From Escherichia coli (lineage in GTDB: Bacteria > Pseudomonadota > Gammaproteobacteria > Enterobacterales > Enterobacteriaceae): a stretch of DNA of 64,000 nt. A model generated the notes under the pieces. That model was not told the origin of the DNA, ran no database searches, and saw nothing but the letters and a program-made list of their open reading frames with translations. Positions within the stretch are counted from its first letter, which is position 1; every line of letters begins with the position of its first letter. The DNA lies in the NCBI RefSeq assembly GCF_045037415.1, contig NZ_CP173438.1; one strand, 5' to 3'. Positions 11,515 through 23,513 of the stretch are shown piece by piece. The position numbers and the translations under genes are program-made.

Positions 11515-12567
11515 TTACCCGCGACGCGCTTTTACTGCATTCGCCAGTTGACGTAACAGAGCATCGGTATCATCCCAGCCAATGCAGGCATCGGTGATGC
11601 TCTTACCGTAGGCCAGCGGTTCCCCGCTCTCGAGGCTCTGATTGCCTTCCACCAGATGGCTTTCCACCATCACGCCAATAATGGCCTTTTCGCCACCGGC
11701 AATCTGCTGGCAAACGTCAGCACAAACATCCATCTGCTTTTTGAATTGTTTAGACGAGTTAGCATGGCTGAAATCGATCATCACCTGTGCTGGCAGGCCT
11801 GCTTTGTTCAGCCCTTCTTTCACTTCAGCAACGTGCTTCGCGCTGTAGTTAGGCTCTTTACCGCCGCGCAGAATGATATGGCAATCGCCGTTACCGCTGG
11901 TATTCACAATCGCCGAATGACCCCATTTGGTCACTGAAAGGAAGCAGTGCGGCGCACCGGCGGCATTAATGGCATCGATAGCCACTTTAATCGTACCATC
12001 AGTGCCATTTTTGAAGCCTACCGGGCAAGAAAGCCCTGAAGCCAGTTCGCGGTGCACCTGCGATTCCGTAGTACGTGCGCCAATTGCGCCCCAGCTCATC
12101 AGGTCAGCGAGATATTGTGGGGTGATCATATCGAGAAACTCACCCGCCGCTGGCAGACCGCTGTCGTTAATATCAAGCAACAATTTACGGGCAATACGCA
12201 GACCGTCGTTGATCTGGAAGCTGTTATCCATATGCGGATCGTTAATCAGCCCTTTCCAGCCCACCGTGGTACGCGGCTTTTCAAAATAGACGCGCATTAC
12301 GATTTCCAGCTCATCTTTCAGCTCTTCACGCAGCGCCAGCAAGCGAGTGGCATACTCTTTAGCCGCGACAGGATCATGAATTGAGCATGGGCCAATCACC
12401 ACCAACAGGCGATCATCATTACCTTTCAGGATCTTATGGATCGCTTTTCGGGCATGGGCGACCGTATTCGCGGCATTTTCAGTAGCGGGGAATTTTTCCA
12501 GCAATGCGACAGGAGGAAGTAACTCTTTGATTTCTTTGATGCGTAAATCGTCGTTCTGATAATTCAT
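11515..12567 (-). CDS. aroG: Phe-sensitive DAHP synthase
   Basis: 350 aa starting MNYQNDDLRIKEIKELLPP. Confidence 0.97.
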   Translation of the reverse strand: MNYQNDDLRIKEIKELLPPVALLEKFPATENAANTVAHARKAIHKILKGNDDRLLVVIGPCSIHDPVAAKEYATRLLALREELKDELEIVMRVYFEKPRTTVGWKGLINDPHMDNSFQINDGLRIARKLLLDINDSGLPAAGEFLDMITPQYLADLMSWGAIGARTTESQVHRELASGLSCPVGFKNGTDGTIKVAIDAINAAGAPHCFLSVTKWGHSAIVNTSGNGDCHIILRGGKEPNYSAKHVAEVKEGLNKAGLPAQVMIDFSHANSSKQFKKQMDVCADVCQQIAGGEKAIIGVMVESHLVEGNQSLESGEPLAYGKSITDACIGWDDTDALLRQLANAVKARRG

Positions 12568-12637
12568 GTCTGTTCCAGTGTTGCCATACTTATCTTAGTG
12601 AATGCAATACTTCCAATCTATATCTTCCGTCAGAATG

Positions 12638-12655
12638 TGTAAACGGGGTTTTACA
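12638..12655. promoter_or_regulatory. TyrR box in the aroG promoter
   Basis: TGTAAACGGGGTTTTACA (TGTAAA-N6-TTTACA) about 70 bp upstream of the aroG start. Confidence 0.6.
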
Positions 12656-12882
12656 CTATGAACGGATTAATCCTGGAATTAGCAAGAAAAACGCCAGATT
12701 GTCGCGAAAAACGAGATCTCTCCTACAATTTCTAACTGTAACTCCTTTGTTTGTTAATTATTTCAAGATTCTCTGCTGGGTATCTTTGCCTGGCTGAAAT
12801 CTTAAACCATTGCCTTATATTCACCTGCAAATGCACTGTTGGAAGAGGTTATCCGACATAACGACCATAACAGGAGCATCCT

Positions 12883-13263
12883 ATGAAAATGACAAAACTG
12901 GCCACACTATTTTTGACTGCCACTCTAAGCCTTGCCAGCGGTGCCGCACTGGCTGCCGATAGCGGAGCGCAAACTAATAACGGCCAGGCAAACGCCGCCG
13001 CTGATGCGGGCCAGGTAGCCCCTGATGCCCGTGAAAATGTCGCGCCAAATAACGTCGACAATAACGGGGTAAATACCGGTTCTGGCGGCACAATGCTGCA
13101 TCCGGATGGTTCTTCAATGAACAATGACGGCATGACCAAAGATGAAGAGCACAAGAACACCATGTGCAAAGATGGTCGCTGCCCGGATATCAATAAAAAA
13201 GTCCAAACCGGTGATGGCATCAACAATGATGTCGATACCAAAACCGACGGTACCACGCAGTAA
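12883..13263 (+). CDS. ybgS: small secreted Gly/Asn/Asp-rich protein
   Basis: 126 aa with signal peptide; position between aroG and zitB as in K-12. Confidence 0.85.
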   Translation: MKMTKLATLFLTATLSLASGAALAADSGAQTNNGQANAAADAGQVAPDARENVAPNNVDNNGVNTGSGGTMLHPDGSSMNNDGMTKDEEHKNTMCKDGRCPDINKKVQTGDGINNDVDTKTDGTTQ

Positions 13264-13284
13264 CCCTGCGAAATAGCCAATAAT

Positions 13285-13316
13285 GGGAGAGCGTAGTCTC
13301 TCCCTTTTAATTTTTC
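13285..13316 (+). terminator. rho-independent terminator of ybgS
   Basis: GGGAGAG-cgtagt-CTCTCCC followed by TTTTAATTTTT. Confidence 0.7.
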
Positions 13317-13376
13317 CCTTCTAAAAGCAGTATGATGTCATAAAGTTAAGTGAGAATAATTAAGGGATGACTCGTC

Positions 13377-14318
13377 ATGGCGCACTCACACTCACACACT
13401 TCCTCACACCTGCCAGAAGATAATAATGCTCGTCGCTTGTTGTATGCTTTCGGCGTGACTGCCGGGTTTATGCTCGTAGAAGTCATTGGTGGTTTTCTTT
13501 CCGGTTCTCTGGCATTGCTGGCCGATGCGGGTCATATGTTGACCGATACTGCCGCCCTGCTTTTCGCCCTACTCGCAGTGCAATTTTCCCGTCGTCCTCC
13601 CACCATTCGCCACACTTTCGGTTGGCTAAGATTGACCACGCTCGCGGCGTTTGTGAATGCCATCGCCCTGGTGGTGATTACTATTTTGATTGTCTGGGAG
13701 GCGATAGAACGCTTCCGCACTCCGCGTCCGGTCGAGGGCGGCATGATGATGGCAATTGCCGTGGCTGGGCTGCTGGCAAATATACTTTCTTTCTGGTTAC
13801 TTCATCACGGCAGCGAAGAGAAAAACCTCAACGTGCGAGCAGCGGCACTGCATGTGCTCGGGGACCTGCTGGGTTCGGTTGGGGCTATTATTGCCGCGTT
13901 GATTATTATCTGGACCGGCTGGACACCTGCTGACCCCATTCTCTCAATACTGGTGTCGCTTCTGGTTCTGCGTAGCGCGTGGCGACTGTTGAAAGATAGT
14001 GTGAATGAATTACTTGAAGGTGCACCGGTATCGCTGGATATCGCTGAACTGAAGCGTCGCTTGTGCCGGGAAATCCCGGAAGTCCGCAATGTGCACCATG
14101 TGCATGTATGGATGGTAGGCGAGAAGCCGGTGATGACGCTGCATGTGCAGGTGATCCCGCCACACGATCACGATGCCTTGTTGGATCAGATCCAACACTA
14201 CCTGATGGATCACTATCAGATTGAGCACGCCACCATTCAGATGGAATATCAACCTTGTCATGGGCCAGACTGCCACCTGAATAGAGGGGTGTCTGGCCAT
14301 TCACATCATCATCATTAA
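13377..14318 (+). CDS. zitB: cation-diffusion-facilitator Zn(II) efflux transporter
   Basis: 313 aa; His-rich N and C termini; CDF transmembrane core. Confidence 0.95.
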   Translation: MAHSHSHTSSHLPEDNNARRLLYAFGVTAGFMLVEVIGGFLSGSLALLADAGHMLTDTAALLFALLAVQFSRRPPTIRHTFGWLRLTTLAAFVNAIALVVITILIVWEAIERFRTPRPVEGGMMMAIAVAGLLANILSFWLLHHGSEEKNLNVRAAALHVLGDLLGSVGAIIAALIIIWTGWTPADPILSILVSLLVLRSAWRLLKDSVNELLEGAPVSLDIAELKRRLCREIPEVRNVHHVHVWMVGEKPVMTLHVQVIPPHDHDALLDQIQHYLMDHYQIEHATIQMEYQPCHGPDCHLNRGVSGHSHHHH

Positions 14319-15034
14319 TGGGACAGCGCACGTGAACCTCTTTCGCGTGCGCTTTTGATCCACATCCGGCTGCCGTTGAGGGCAATAAAGGTCAGGATGA
14401 TGTACTCCAGAGACATGGCGTAAACGCCCTGAAGTGCAAAAATAACGACGCTAATCACGTTAATAATCACCCACAACAGCCAGTTTTCCACATACTTACG
14501 TGTCATCAGAATCATTGCCACGATAGATAACACCATCATGCATGAATCCCAGAACGGGAAAGCGTCCGGCTGTAGTTCAGGCATCGCAACCTGTAATCCT
14601 AATGCTTGCATGATCATGACTGCCACGCGGGTCAAAAATGCAAACACAGGATTGATAAATACCGTCATTAGACCAATCGAAACAACGCAAACCGCCAGCC
14701 AGCTTAGCGCCTTCGGCAATGGCAACCAGCGAATTTTCAACTCCGCCTCGTTCTGACTGGTTTGTCGCGACCACGCATACCAGCCGTAAATATTCGCGGC
14801 AAAGAAAAACACCTGTAATAACAGGCTGGCATACAGCTGAATCTGAAAGAAAATAATGCCAAACAAGGTGACGTTGATCAGGCCAAAGAAGTAGTTACTG
14901 ATCTTCTCCAGACTGGCAAGGCCAATACACAGCAACCCGGCGATCGTGCCTACCGCTTCGATCCATGAGAGATCATAACCGCCTGCCCCTATTGGTATAT
15001 GTACCAGGATATTCTGCACACTAAAAAAATCCAT
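14315..15034 (-). CDS. pnuC: nicotinamide riboside transporter
   Basis: 239 aa polytopic membrane protein downstream of nadA. Confidence 0.95.
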   Translation of the reverse strand: MDFFSVQNILVHIPIGAGGYDLSWIEAVGTIAGLLCIGLASLEKISNYFFGLINVTLFGIIFFQIQLYASLLLQVFFFAANIYGWYAWSRQTSQNEAELKIRWLPLPKALSWLAVCVVSIGLMTVFINPVFAFLTRVAVMIMQALGLQVAMPELQPDAFPFWDSCMMVLSIVAMILMTRKYVENWLLWVIINVISVVIFALQGVYAMSLEYIILTFIALNGSRMWIKSARERGSRALSH

Positions 15035-15071
15035 CGTTCCCCCAAAGCGTAATGTGACGCCTTATTATCAA

Positions 15072-16115
15072 TTATCCACGTAGTGTAGCCGCAAAATCCA
15101 GCATACGATTGAGCGGCACCAGCGCCCTCTCTCGCAGCCTTTCATCAACATAAACCTCGTGATTGCTTCCTTCCAGTTCTAATGCCTCTGCGATGGCCTG
15201 AAGGCCATTCATGGCCATCCACGGACAATGCGCGCAGCTGCGACAGGTTGCGCCCTCACCCGCGGTTGGTGCTTCCAGTAACTCTTTATCTGGCACCGCC
15301 TGCTGCATTTTGTAGAAAATGCCCCGATCGGTTGCCACGATAAGCCGCTGATGTTGCAATGTTTTCGCAGCAGCGATCAGTTGACTGGTGGAACCGACCG
15401 CATCCGCCATCTCTACAATAGCTTGCGGTGATTCTGGATGCACCAGTATGGCAGCATCCGGGTATTCTTCTTGCAAGCGGGTTAACGCCTGAGTCTTAAA
15501 CTCATCATGCACAATGCAGGCACCCTGCCAGCATAAAATGTCTGCGCCCGTCTGTTTTTGCACGTAACGCCCCAGATGTTTGTCAGGTGCCCAGATGATT
15601 TTTTCACCCAAACTATCCAGATGATCAATAAGTTCGACGGCAATGCTTGAAGTTACCACCCAATCTGCGCGCGCTTTTACCGCAGCAGAAGTGTTGGCGT
15701 AGACGACGACAGTACGATCGGGATGGGCATCGCAAAATGCGTTAAATTCTTCAACAGGGCAGCCGAGATCCAGTGAACATTCAGCCTGAAGTGTCGGCAT
15801 CAGAATTGTTTTTTCCGGACTGAGAATTTTGGCGGTTTCTCCCATAAATCTCACCCCAGCGACTAGCAACGTAGAAGCGGGATGCTTTGCACCGAAGCGC
15901 GCCATTTCCAGAGAATCAGAAATACAGCCACCGGTTTCTTCTGCCAGTTGTTGAATTTCGGGATCGGTATAGTAGTGGGCAACCATCACCGCATTACGTT
16001 CTTTTAGTAGACGTTTTATCTTCTCGCGGTAATTCGCTTTTTCATCAATGCTTAACGGCGTCGGCTTCGGGGGGAAAGGATAAATCGCCGTGTCTGGATC
16101 AAACATCACGCTCAT
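15072..16115 (-). CDS. nadA: quinolinate synthase
   Basis: 347 aa starting [18 protein letters not shown]. Confidence 0.97.
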   Translation of the reverse strand: MSVMFDPDTAIYPFPPKPTPLSIDEKANYREKIKRLLKERNAVMVAHYYTDPEIQQLAEETGGCISDSLEMARFGAKHPASTLLVAGVRFMGETAKILSPEKTILMPTLQAECSLDLGCPVEEFNAFCDAHPDRTVVVYANTSAAVKARADWVVTSSIAVELIDHLDSLGEKIIWAPDKHLGRYVQKQTGADILCWQGACIVHDEFKTQALTRLQEEYPDAAILVHPESPQAIVEMADAVGSTSQLIAAAKTLQHQRLIVATDRGIFYKMQQAVPDKELLEAPTAGEGATCRSCAHCPWMAMNGLQAIAEALELEGSNHEVYVDERLRERALVPLNRMLDFAATLRG

Positions 16116-16187
16116 CTTACCATCTCGTTCTACAGGCTTAACGTTAAAACCGACTTAAGCGTGATATTCGCTATTATCGGCGTAATT

Positions 16188-16205
16188 TGTTTTATATACT
16201 AAACA
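16188..16205. promoter_or_regulatory. NadR box upstream of nadA
   Basis: TGTTTTATATACTAAACA, one mismatch to TGTTTA-N6-TAAACA, about 75 bp upstream of the nadA start. Confidence 0.55.
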
Positions 16206-16359
16206 AGATAGTCGAATGGTGGGGAAAAGTCACTCGAATTACGTATGAGATGCCGAATGCCACACTTTGCGTCTTATTCCTCCGACGTAGAGTTGTTTAC
16301 GCAGCAAACGCGGAGTATGTCATCAGGGTCAAGAATTGAAATTGAGAGATGCCTGAATA

Positions 16360-16392
16360 GCAAAAAAACGCCTTTAGGGCGCTTTTTTGCAT
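16360..16392 (-). terminator. terminator of the Lys/Val tRNA operon
   Basis: GC hairpin followed by a T-run on the minus strand immediately 3' of the last tRNA. Confidence 0.55.
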
Positions 16393-16468
16393 TGGTGGGT
16401 CGTGCAGGATTCGAACCTGCGACCAATTGATTAAAAGTCAACTGCTCTACCAACTGAGCTAACGACCC
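16393..16468 (-). tRNA. lysQ: tRNA-Lys(UUU)
   Basis: 76-nt exact match to recalled E. coli tRNA-Lys incl. CCA; symbol by position in operon. Confidence 0.93.
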
Positions 16469-16501
16469 CTTGCGGGATTATGCTGCTTTAATCATTCAGG
16501 A

Positions 16502-16577
16502 TGGTGGGTCGTGCAGGATTCGAACCTGCGACCAATTGATTAAAAGTCAACTGCTCTACCAACTGAGCTAACGACCC
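16502..16577 (-). tRNA. lysZ: tRNA-Lys(UUU)
   Basis: identical 76-nt tRNA-Lys copy. Confidence 0.93.
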
Positions 16578-16625
16578 ATACGGGTGTTACCTGAAAGATT
16601 TCTACTCGGAACCAATGTTTAAAAT

Positions 16626-16701
16626 TGGTGGGTCGTGCAGGATTCGAACCTGCGACCAATTGATTAAAAGTCAACTGCTCTACCAACTGAGCTAACGACC
16701 C
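16626..16701 (-). tRNA. lysY: tRNA-Lys(UUU)
   Basis: identical 76-nt tRNA-Lys copy. Confidence 0.93.
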
Positions 16702-16704
16702 GAG

Positions 16705-16780
16705 TGGTGGGTGATGACGGGATCGAACCGCCGACCCCCTCCTTGTAAGGGAGGTGCTCTCCCAGCTGAGCTAATCACCC
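16705..16780 (-). tRNA. valZ: tRNA-Val(UAC)
   Basis: 76-nt match to recalled E. coli tRNA-Val(UAC) incl. CCA; 3-nt spacer to next tRNA. Confidence 0.9.
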
Positions 16781-16831
16781 GATACTGCGCTGGATACTAC
16801 AAACTACTTCCACCGAACCCACCGTAATCAG

Positions 16832-16907
16832 TGGTGGGTCGTGCAGGATTCGAACCTGCGACCAATTGATTAAAAGTCAACTGCTCTACCAACTGAGCTA
16901 ACGACCC
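16832..16907 (-). tRNA. lysW: tRNA-Lys(UUU)
   Basis: identical 76-nt tRNA-Lys copy. Confidence 0.93.
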
Positions 16908-16909
16908 GG

Positions 16910-16985
16910 TGGTGGGTGATGACGGGATCGAACCGCCGACCCCCTCCTTGTAAGGGAGGTGCTCTCCCAGCTGAGCTAATCACCC
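16910..16985 (-). tRNA. valT: tRNA-Val(UAC)
   Basis: 76-nt tRNA-Val copy; 2-nt spacer to lysW. Confidence 0.9.
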
Positions 16986-17020
16986 GATACTACGCTGGAT
17001 ACTACAACTAACTATGTTAG

Positions 17021-17096
17021 TGGTGGGTCGTGCAGGATTCGAACCTGCGACCAATTGATTAAAAGTCAACTGCTCTACCAACTGAGCTAACGACCC
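17021..17096 (-). tRNA. lysT: tRNA-Lys(UUU)
   Basis: identical 76-nt tRNA-Lys copy; first gene of the operon. Confidence 0.93.
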
Positions 17097-17139
17097 ACTT
17101 TTTCGTTGCTTTCGGTTTGTTTGATATCCCGTGGCAACG

Positions 17140-17180
17140 GCGGCATATATTACTGATTTCAGACTTGAGCGCAACAAAAA
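17140..17180 (-). promoter_or_regulatory. putative sigma70 promoter of the tRNA operon
   Basis: minus strand: -35 TTGCGC, 16-bp spacer, -10 TAATAT, GC-rich discriminator, A/T-rich upstream tract. Confidence 0.45.
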
Positions 17181-17260
17181 TTTCGATGTAGATCACTCAA
17201 CTGCTTATGATTCGCACGACACGACCAGAAATAATGCGACTTCTGGTCGTGTGTTATGCA

Positions 17261-18052
17261 TTACATCGCGTTCAGACGTTTTTGCGCCTGTTTAGCGCCA
17301 TCAGTACCAGGGTATTTACTGATAACCTGCTGGTATACGGCTTTCGCTTTTGCGGTGTCACCTTTGTCCTGCATGATGACGCCGACTTTAAACATCGCAT
17401 CTGCAGCCTTCGGTGACTTCGGATAGTTTTTCACTACCGAAGCAAAATAATACGCCGCATCATCTTTTTTACCCTTGTTGTAGTTTAACTGACCCAGCCA
17501 ATAATTGGCGTTTGGCAGGTAAGTTGAATCAGGGTAATTTTTGATGAAATTCTGAAATGCCACCATTGCGTCATCCTGGCGGGATTTATCCTGCACCAGC
17601 GCAATAGCTGCATTGTAATCCGTGTTTGCATCACCGCTTTTCACCGGCGCGCCAGCATTCGAAGTACCAGCATCAGCTGTCGGCGTCGTTGATGCCACCA
17701 CACCGCTTTGATCGCCGCTGGTTGATTGCGCCGCTGCACCACCGCTGCTGAGGCTGTCGATCTGCAACAGGATCTGCTTTTGCCGCTCCACGACCTGATT
17801 CAGTTGATACTGATTTTCCTGAATCTGACCACGCAGGGAATCAATATCGGATTGATTATCAGAGAGTTGTTGCTGGAGTTGGGTTAAAAGCTGGCTGTGA
17901 GCATTAGAAATACGCTCAAGTTGAGTGACGCGGTCTTCGACCGAGCCTGAGCCGACACTACTGATTGGTGCCTGAGCAAAAGCGGCCCAGGGGGCCGCTA
18001 TACCAACCAGTAACGACAGACTCAATAGTTGATGTCTGAAGTTACTGCTCAT
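17261..18052 (-). CDS. cpoB: cell division coordinator CpoB (TPR periplasmic protein)
   Basis: 263 aa; signal peptide, coiled-coil, C-terminal TPR; last gene of tol-pal cluster. Confidence 0.95.
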   Translation of the reverse strand: MSSNFRHQLLSLSLLVGIAAPWAAFAQAPISSVGSGSVEDRVTQLERISNAHSQLLTQLQQQLSDNQSDIDSLRGQIQENQYQLNQVVERQKQILLQIDSLSSGGAAAQSTSGDQSGVVASTTPTADAGTSNAGAPVKSGDANTDYNAAIALVQDKSRQDDAMVAFQNFIKNYPDSTYLPNANYWLGQLNYNKGKKDDAAYYFASVVKNYPKSPKAADAMFKVGVIMQDKGDTAKAKAVYQQVISKYPGTDGAKQAQKRLNAM

Positions 18053-18061
18053 GCAATTCTC

Positions 18062-18607
<546 letters not shown>

Positions 18608-18617
18608 TTAATTATTA

Positions 18618-19910
18618 TCACAGATACGGCGACCAGGCAGGGAATTTGACCTGTCCATCAGTTGCCGGAAGACGCGCTTTGAAACGCCCATCTGTAGAAA
18701 CCAAATTCAGCACGGATCCCATCCCCTGAGAAGAGCTGTAGATTACCATAGTGCCGTTAGGTGCCAGACTTGGCGTTTCATCCAGGAACGTGGACGACAG
18801 AACTTGTACGCCTCCCGTTGCCAGATCTTGTTTGGCAATGTGCTGCTGCCCACCGTTGGAGCTGACCATTACCATAAATTTACCGTCGCTGCTGACATCC
18901 GCATCCTGGTTCTGCGAACCTTCCCAGGTAATACGTTGTGGCGCACCGCCGTTGATATTCACTTTATAAACCTGCGGACGACCGGCCTGGTCAGAAGTAA
19001 ATGCCAGGTTCTGGCTGTCCGGGAACCAGGTCGGTTCGGTATTGTTACTGCGACCATCAGTTACCTGGCGGATCTGACCAGAAGCCAAATCCATTACGTA
19101 CAGGTTCAGGCTACCGGTTTTCGACAAGGCGAATGCCAGTTTGCTGCCGTCTGGCGAGAATGCAGGTGCACCGTTGTGACGCGGGAATGAAGCCACCTGA
19201 CGTACAGCGCCATTTGCCAGCGTCTGAATAACCAGCGCGGAACGACCGCTTTCGAAGGTCACATAAGCCAGTTTAGAACCGTCTGGTGACCACGCCGGAG
19301 ACATCAGCGGTTGCGGTGAACGGTGAACGACAAACTGGTTGTAACCGTCATAGTCAGATACGCGCAGTTCATACGGGAACTGACCGCCGTTAGTCTGAAC
19401 AACGTAGGCAATACGGGTACGGAACGCACCTTTAATACCGGTCAGTTTTTCAAATACTTCGTCACTGGCGGTATGACCAGCATAACGCAGCCACTGCTTG
19501 TTCACTTTGTACGAGTTCTGAGCAAGTACAGTACCCGGTGCGCCGCCAGTGTCAACAAGTTGATAAGCAACATTGTAAGAACCATCCGGATTCGGAGTGA
19601 CCTGACCGACAACCACAGCGTCAATGCCCAGCGCGGACCATGCAGCTGGTTGTACTTCCTGCGCACTACCCGGCTGCTGTGGCAGACGAGCACGATCTAA
19701 CGGATTAAATTTACCGCTGTTACGCAAGTCAGCAGCAACGATGCCGCCAATATCTTCAGGTGCCGCACCAGGCCCCGCCCACTGGAAAGGAACAACACCA
19801 ATAGGACGACCGGAATCTACACCGCTGTCGATCACAATGCGGACTTCAGCATGCAGAACTGATGCCCACAGTATGAGAAAACCAAATGCTACTCGTAATG
19901 CCTGCTTCAT
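18618..19910 (-). CDS. tolB: Tol-Pal system periplasmic beta-propeller protein
   Basis: 430 aa; start at [12 protein letters not shown]. Confidence 0.97.
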   Translation of the reverse strand: MKQALRVAFGFLILWASVLHAEVRIVIDSGVDSGRPIGVVPFQWAGPGAAPEDIGGIVAADLRNSGKFNPLDRARLPQQPGSAQEVQPAAWSALGIDAVVVGQVTPNPDGSYNVAYQLVDTGGAPGTVLAQNSYKVNKQWLRYAGHTASDEVFEKLTGIKGAFRTRIAYVVQTNGGQFPYELRVSDYDGYNQFVVHRSPQPLMSPAWSPDGSKLAYVTFESGRSALVIQTLANGAVRQVASFPRHNGAPAFSPDGSKLAFALSKTGSLNLYVMDLASGQIRQVTDGRSNNTEPTWFPDSQNLAFTSDQAGRPQVYKVNINGGAPQRITWEGSQNQDADVSSDGKFMVMVSSNGGQQHIAKQDLATGGVQVLSSTFLDETPSLAPNGTMVIYSSSQGMGSVLNLVSTDGRFKARLPATDGQVKFPAWSPYL

Positions 19911-20042
19911 CATATCTCCCTTATCTGGACCGATGGCCCACGATAATTTAGCAGAATGTTAACAAACTAAAATACACAAAACTACCAGAACCCCGTGGCA
20001 ACCGGTGCCTGATGTTGACCGTCGGAACAGTCAACATCGCGA

Positions 20043-21353
20043 TTACGGTTTGAAGTCCAATGGCGCGTTTTTGAACACTTCATATACTGCCTGGCTTGGT
20101 GGTTTCGGGATCTTCGCAAGTTTAGCTGCTGCCAACGCAGCTTGACAAAGTGCGGGATCGCCACCTTCAGGTTTGATATCCAGTAACATACCATCGGGTG
20201 CCAGTTTTATGCGCAGCGTACAGGTTTTGCCTGCATAGGACGATGCGTCATAGAACTTACTTTCGATAGCAGATTTAATCTGCCCGGCATAGTTATTGAT
20301 ATCGGCCCCTGATGCGCCATTGTTTTTAGTATTACCACTCCCGGCAGGCGAAGCATTGTTCCCTTTCGCCCCTCCCCCCGTTTTCGGTGCATTCTTACCA
20401 GAGCTTAGCTCACCGAAAATATCATCTGCCTCAGCGGCAGCTTTTGCTGCAGCGGCTTTTTCAGCTGCTGCTTTTGCCGCTGCCGCTTTTTTGTCTGCGG
20501 CGGCTTTTTCTGCCGCTGCTTTCTTATCAGCTGCTGCCTTTTCAGCAGCCGCTTTTTCTGCTGCTTTTTTGTCGGCTGCCGCTTTCTCTGCTGCCGCTTT
20601 CTTATCAGCTGCAGCCTTTTCAGCAGCCGCTTTTTCTGCTGCTTTTTTGTCGGCTGCCGCTTTCTCTGCTGCCGCTTTCTTCTCAGCTTCTGCCTTGGCT
20701 TTTTCAGCAGCTTCGGTTGCCGCTTTCTTTCTTGCTTCAGCTGCAGCTGCTTCTGCCGCTTCAGCTTTCTTCTTCAGCGCCGCAGCAGCAGCCTCGGCTT
20801 TTTTCTGCGCTTCGACTGCGGCTTTGGCGGCTTCTGCTTCTGCTTTTTTCTTCGCGTCTGCCGCCGCTTTCTTCGCTGCTTCTTCCGCAGCTTTAGCATC
20901 CGCTTCGGCCTTCGCTTTAGCATCTGCCGCCGCTTTCGCTGCCGCCTCTTCCGCTTGCTTCTGCTTTAACTCGGCCTGTTTTGCGGCTTCTTCAGCCTGC
21001 TTTTTCTGCTCCTGAGCCGCTAACCGCTCTTTCTCAAGTTGCTTCAGGCGTTCCTGTTCAGCCGCTTGTTTCTCACGCAGTTCTTCAGCAGCCTGCTGCT
21101 CTTTCATCTTGCGCTGCTCATCAGAACGCTTCGCGCTTGATTCCTGGCTTTGCATGCGTTTGTACTGCTCAACTACCGCACCTGAATCAACCATGACAGC
21201 GTCGATGGACGAACCACCGCCGCCTCCGGCTGAAGCTTCTATATTCTCATCGAACGAACTCCAGATCAGCGCCGCAAATAAGATGACATGCAGCACTGCT
21301 GAAATAATTATCGCCCGCTTGAGCTTGTCGTTTTGTTCGGTTGCCTTTGACAC
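20043..21353 (-). CDS. tolA: Tol-Pal system protein TolA
   Basis: 436 aa; N-terminal TM anchor, long Ala/Lys/Glu-rich domain II, C-terminal domain III. Confidence 0.95.
   Translation of the reverse strand: MSKATEQNDKLKRAIIISAVLHVILFAALIWSSFDENIEASAGGGGGSSIDAVMVDSGAVVEQYKRMQSQESSAKRSDEQRKMKEQQAAEELREKQAAEQERLKQLEKERLAAQEQKKQAEEAAKQAELKQKQAEEAAAKAAADAKAKAEADAKAAEEAAKKAAADAKKKAEAEAAKAAVEAQKKAEAAAAALKKKAEAAEAAAAEARKKAATEAAEKAKAEAEKKAAAEKAAADKKAAEKAAAEKAAADKKAAAEKAAADKKAAEKAAAEKAAADKKAAAEKAAADKKAAAAKAAAEKAAAAKAAAEADDIFGELSSGKNAPKTGGGAKGNNASPAGSGNTKNNGASGADINNYAGQIKSAIESKFYDASSYAGKTCTLRIKLAPDGMLLDIKPEGGDPALCQAALAAAKLAKIPKPPSQAVYEVFKNAPLDFKP
20521..20676. repeat. 78-bp tandem duplication (2 copies, 1 mismatch) inside tolA domain II
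   Basis: 20521-20598 and 20599-20676 are near-identical; in frame, each encodes a 26-aa Ala/Lys/Glu/Asp unit. Confidence 0.85.
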
Positions 21354-21417
21354 TCTCGGTTTCCAAAAACTGTTCGCCTGTTACCCGCTCTCTTTCAAGC
21401 AAGGGAAACGCAGATGT

Positions 21418-21846
21418 TTAGATAGGCTGCGTCATTAAACCAACCGATTTCACACCCGCACTATGTAACAAGTTCAGTGCTTTAATTATTTCATCGTAAG
21501 GCACATCTTTTGCGCCACCGATCAGAAAGACCGTTTTCGGGTTGGCCTTGAAACGGCTGGACACTTCCGCCACCACCTGCTCTGGTGGTAAACGCTCCAG
21601 GCGATCTTTCTCAACCACCACGGTGTACTGACCAATACCAGACACTTCAACAATCACTGGCGGATTATCGTTACTGCTCACCGCCTGTGATTCAGTAGCG
21701 TCTGGCAGATCGACCTCCACGCTCTGGGTGATGATGGGCGCTGTCGCCATAAAGATCAGCAACAGCACCAGCAGTACGTCCAGCAACGGTACAATGTTGA
21801 TTTCGGACTTGAGATCGCGACGACCTCGTCCACGCGCTCTGGCCAT
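21418..21846 (-). CDS. tolR: Tol-Pal system protein TolR
   Basis: 142 aa ExbD/TolR family. Confidence 0.97.
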   Translation of the reverse strand: MARARGRGRRDLKSEINIVPLLDVLLVLLLIFMATAPIITQSVEVDLPDATESQAVSSNDNPPVIVEVSGIGQYTVVVEKDRLERLPPEQVVAEVSSRFKANPKTVFLIGGAKDVPYDEIIKALNLLHSAGVKSVGLMTQPI

Positions 21847-21849
21847 GGC

Positions 21850-22943
<1,094 letters not shown>

Positions 22944-23041
22944 TTTACATCCCGGTAATGCAACAAAAGTTAGAGCTTTTAAACGCTGCTACTATACGCG
23001 CGCGATTGAGGTTTGGGAATGAGGGCAAGTTAAGGGAGCGT

Positions 23042-23077
23042 AAAAATTTATGGGCCTGACTCGGCCCATAAATTTTT
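23042..23077. terminator. bidirectional hairpin terminator between ybgE and ybgC
   Basis: ATTTATGGGCC-tgactc-GGCCCATAAAT flanked by A and T runs. Confidence 0.65.
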
Positions 23078-23092
23078 AAAGAGAATTCTGAT

Positions 23093-23386
23093 TTAAAAGA
23101 AGAAGAAAATCAGCCCGACAATGAGAACAATATCGGCAAGCAATGGGCAAAAAAACCCTTGCCAGAGAACCTTCTGCGGACGAAAGCCCACGCCGTGAAT
23201 CACACCAGCACAGACGGCCCACATAAGCAGTAAACCATGCCAGATTTCCAGTTCACTGGTCTTCGCGGCGAAACGTGATGGGTCCCAAAACATACATCCT
23301 GCTAACAGAAGTGCCATCACGAAGGAAAGCGCCCGCAGGGGGCGCTTGTCCATTACCGCATACAAGGTTGCGATAATCTTACTCAT
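23093..23386 (-). CDS. ybgE: cyd operon membrane protein
   Basis: 97 aa hydrophobic protein downstream of cydX. Confidence 0.9.
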   Translation of the reverse strand: MSKIIATLYAVMDKRPLRALSFVMALLLAGCMFWDPSRFAAKTSELEIWHGLLLMWAVCAGVIHGVGFRPQKVLWQGFFCPLLADIVLIVGLIFFFF

Positions 23387-23499
23387 CAGATGTCTTCTTG
23401 ACCGGCTTTGCCTGATTCGACGTGCTCAAGCGCCAGCGCGGTGATTACCCCAAACGAACAGGCAAGAAGCGTTCCCAGAATCCATGCGAAATACCACAT
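23386..23499 (-). CDS. cydX: cytochrome bd-I oxidase small subunit
   Basis: 37-aa ORF MWYFAWILGTLLACSFGVITALALEHVESGKAGQEDI translated by hand from the minus strand; stop overlaps ybgE start. Confidence 0.85.
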   Translation of the reverse strand: MWYFAWILGTLLACSFGVITALALEHVESGKAGQEDI

Positions 23500-23513
23500 T
23501 TTTAGCTCCTTAC

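Noticed and set aside
16393-17096. Regularly spaced identical 76-bp repeats that could superficially resemble a CRISPR array
   Set aside because: The repeats are full tRNA genes (cloverleaf, anticodon, CCA); spacers are irregular (2-120 bp); no cas genes nearby.
17222-17249. Hairpin CGACCAGAA-N10-TTCTGGTCG downstream of cpoB as a terminator
   Set aside because: No U-run follows on the transcribed strand; may be a weak or Rho-assisted end, so not listed as a feature.
20296-21015. 239-aa Ala/Phe/Ser-rich ORF
   Set aside because: Antisense frame of the tolA repeat region; low-complexity artefact of the repeats.
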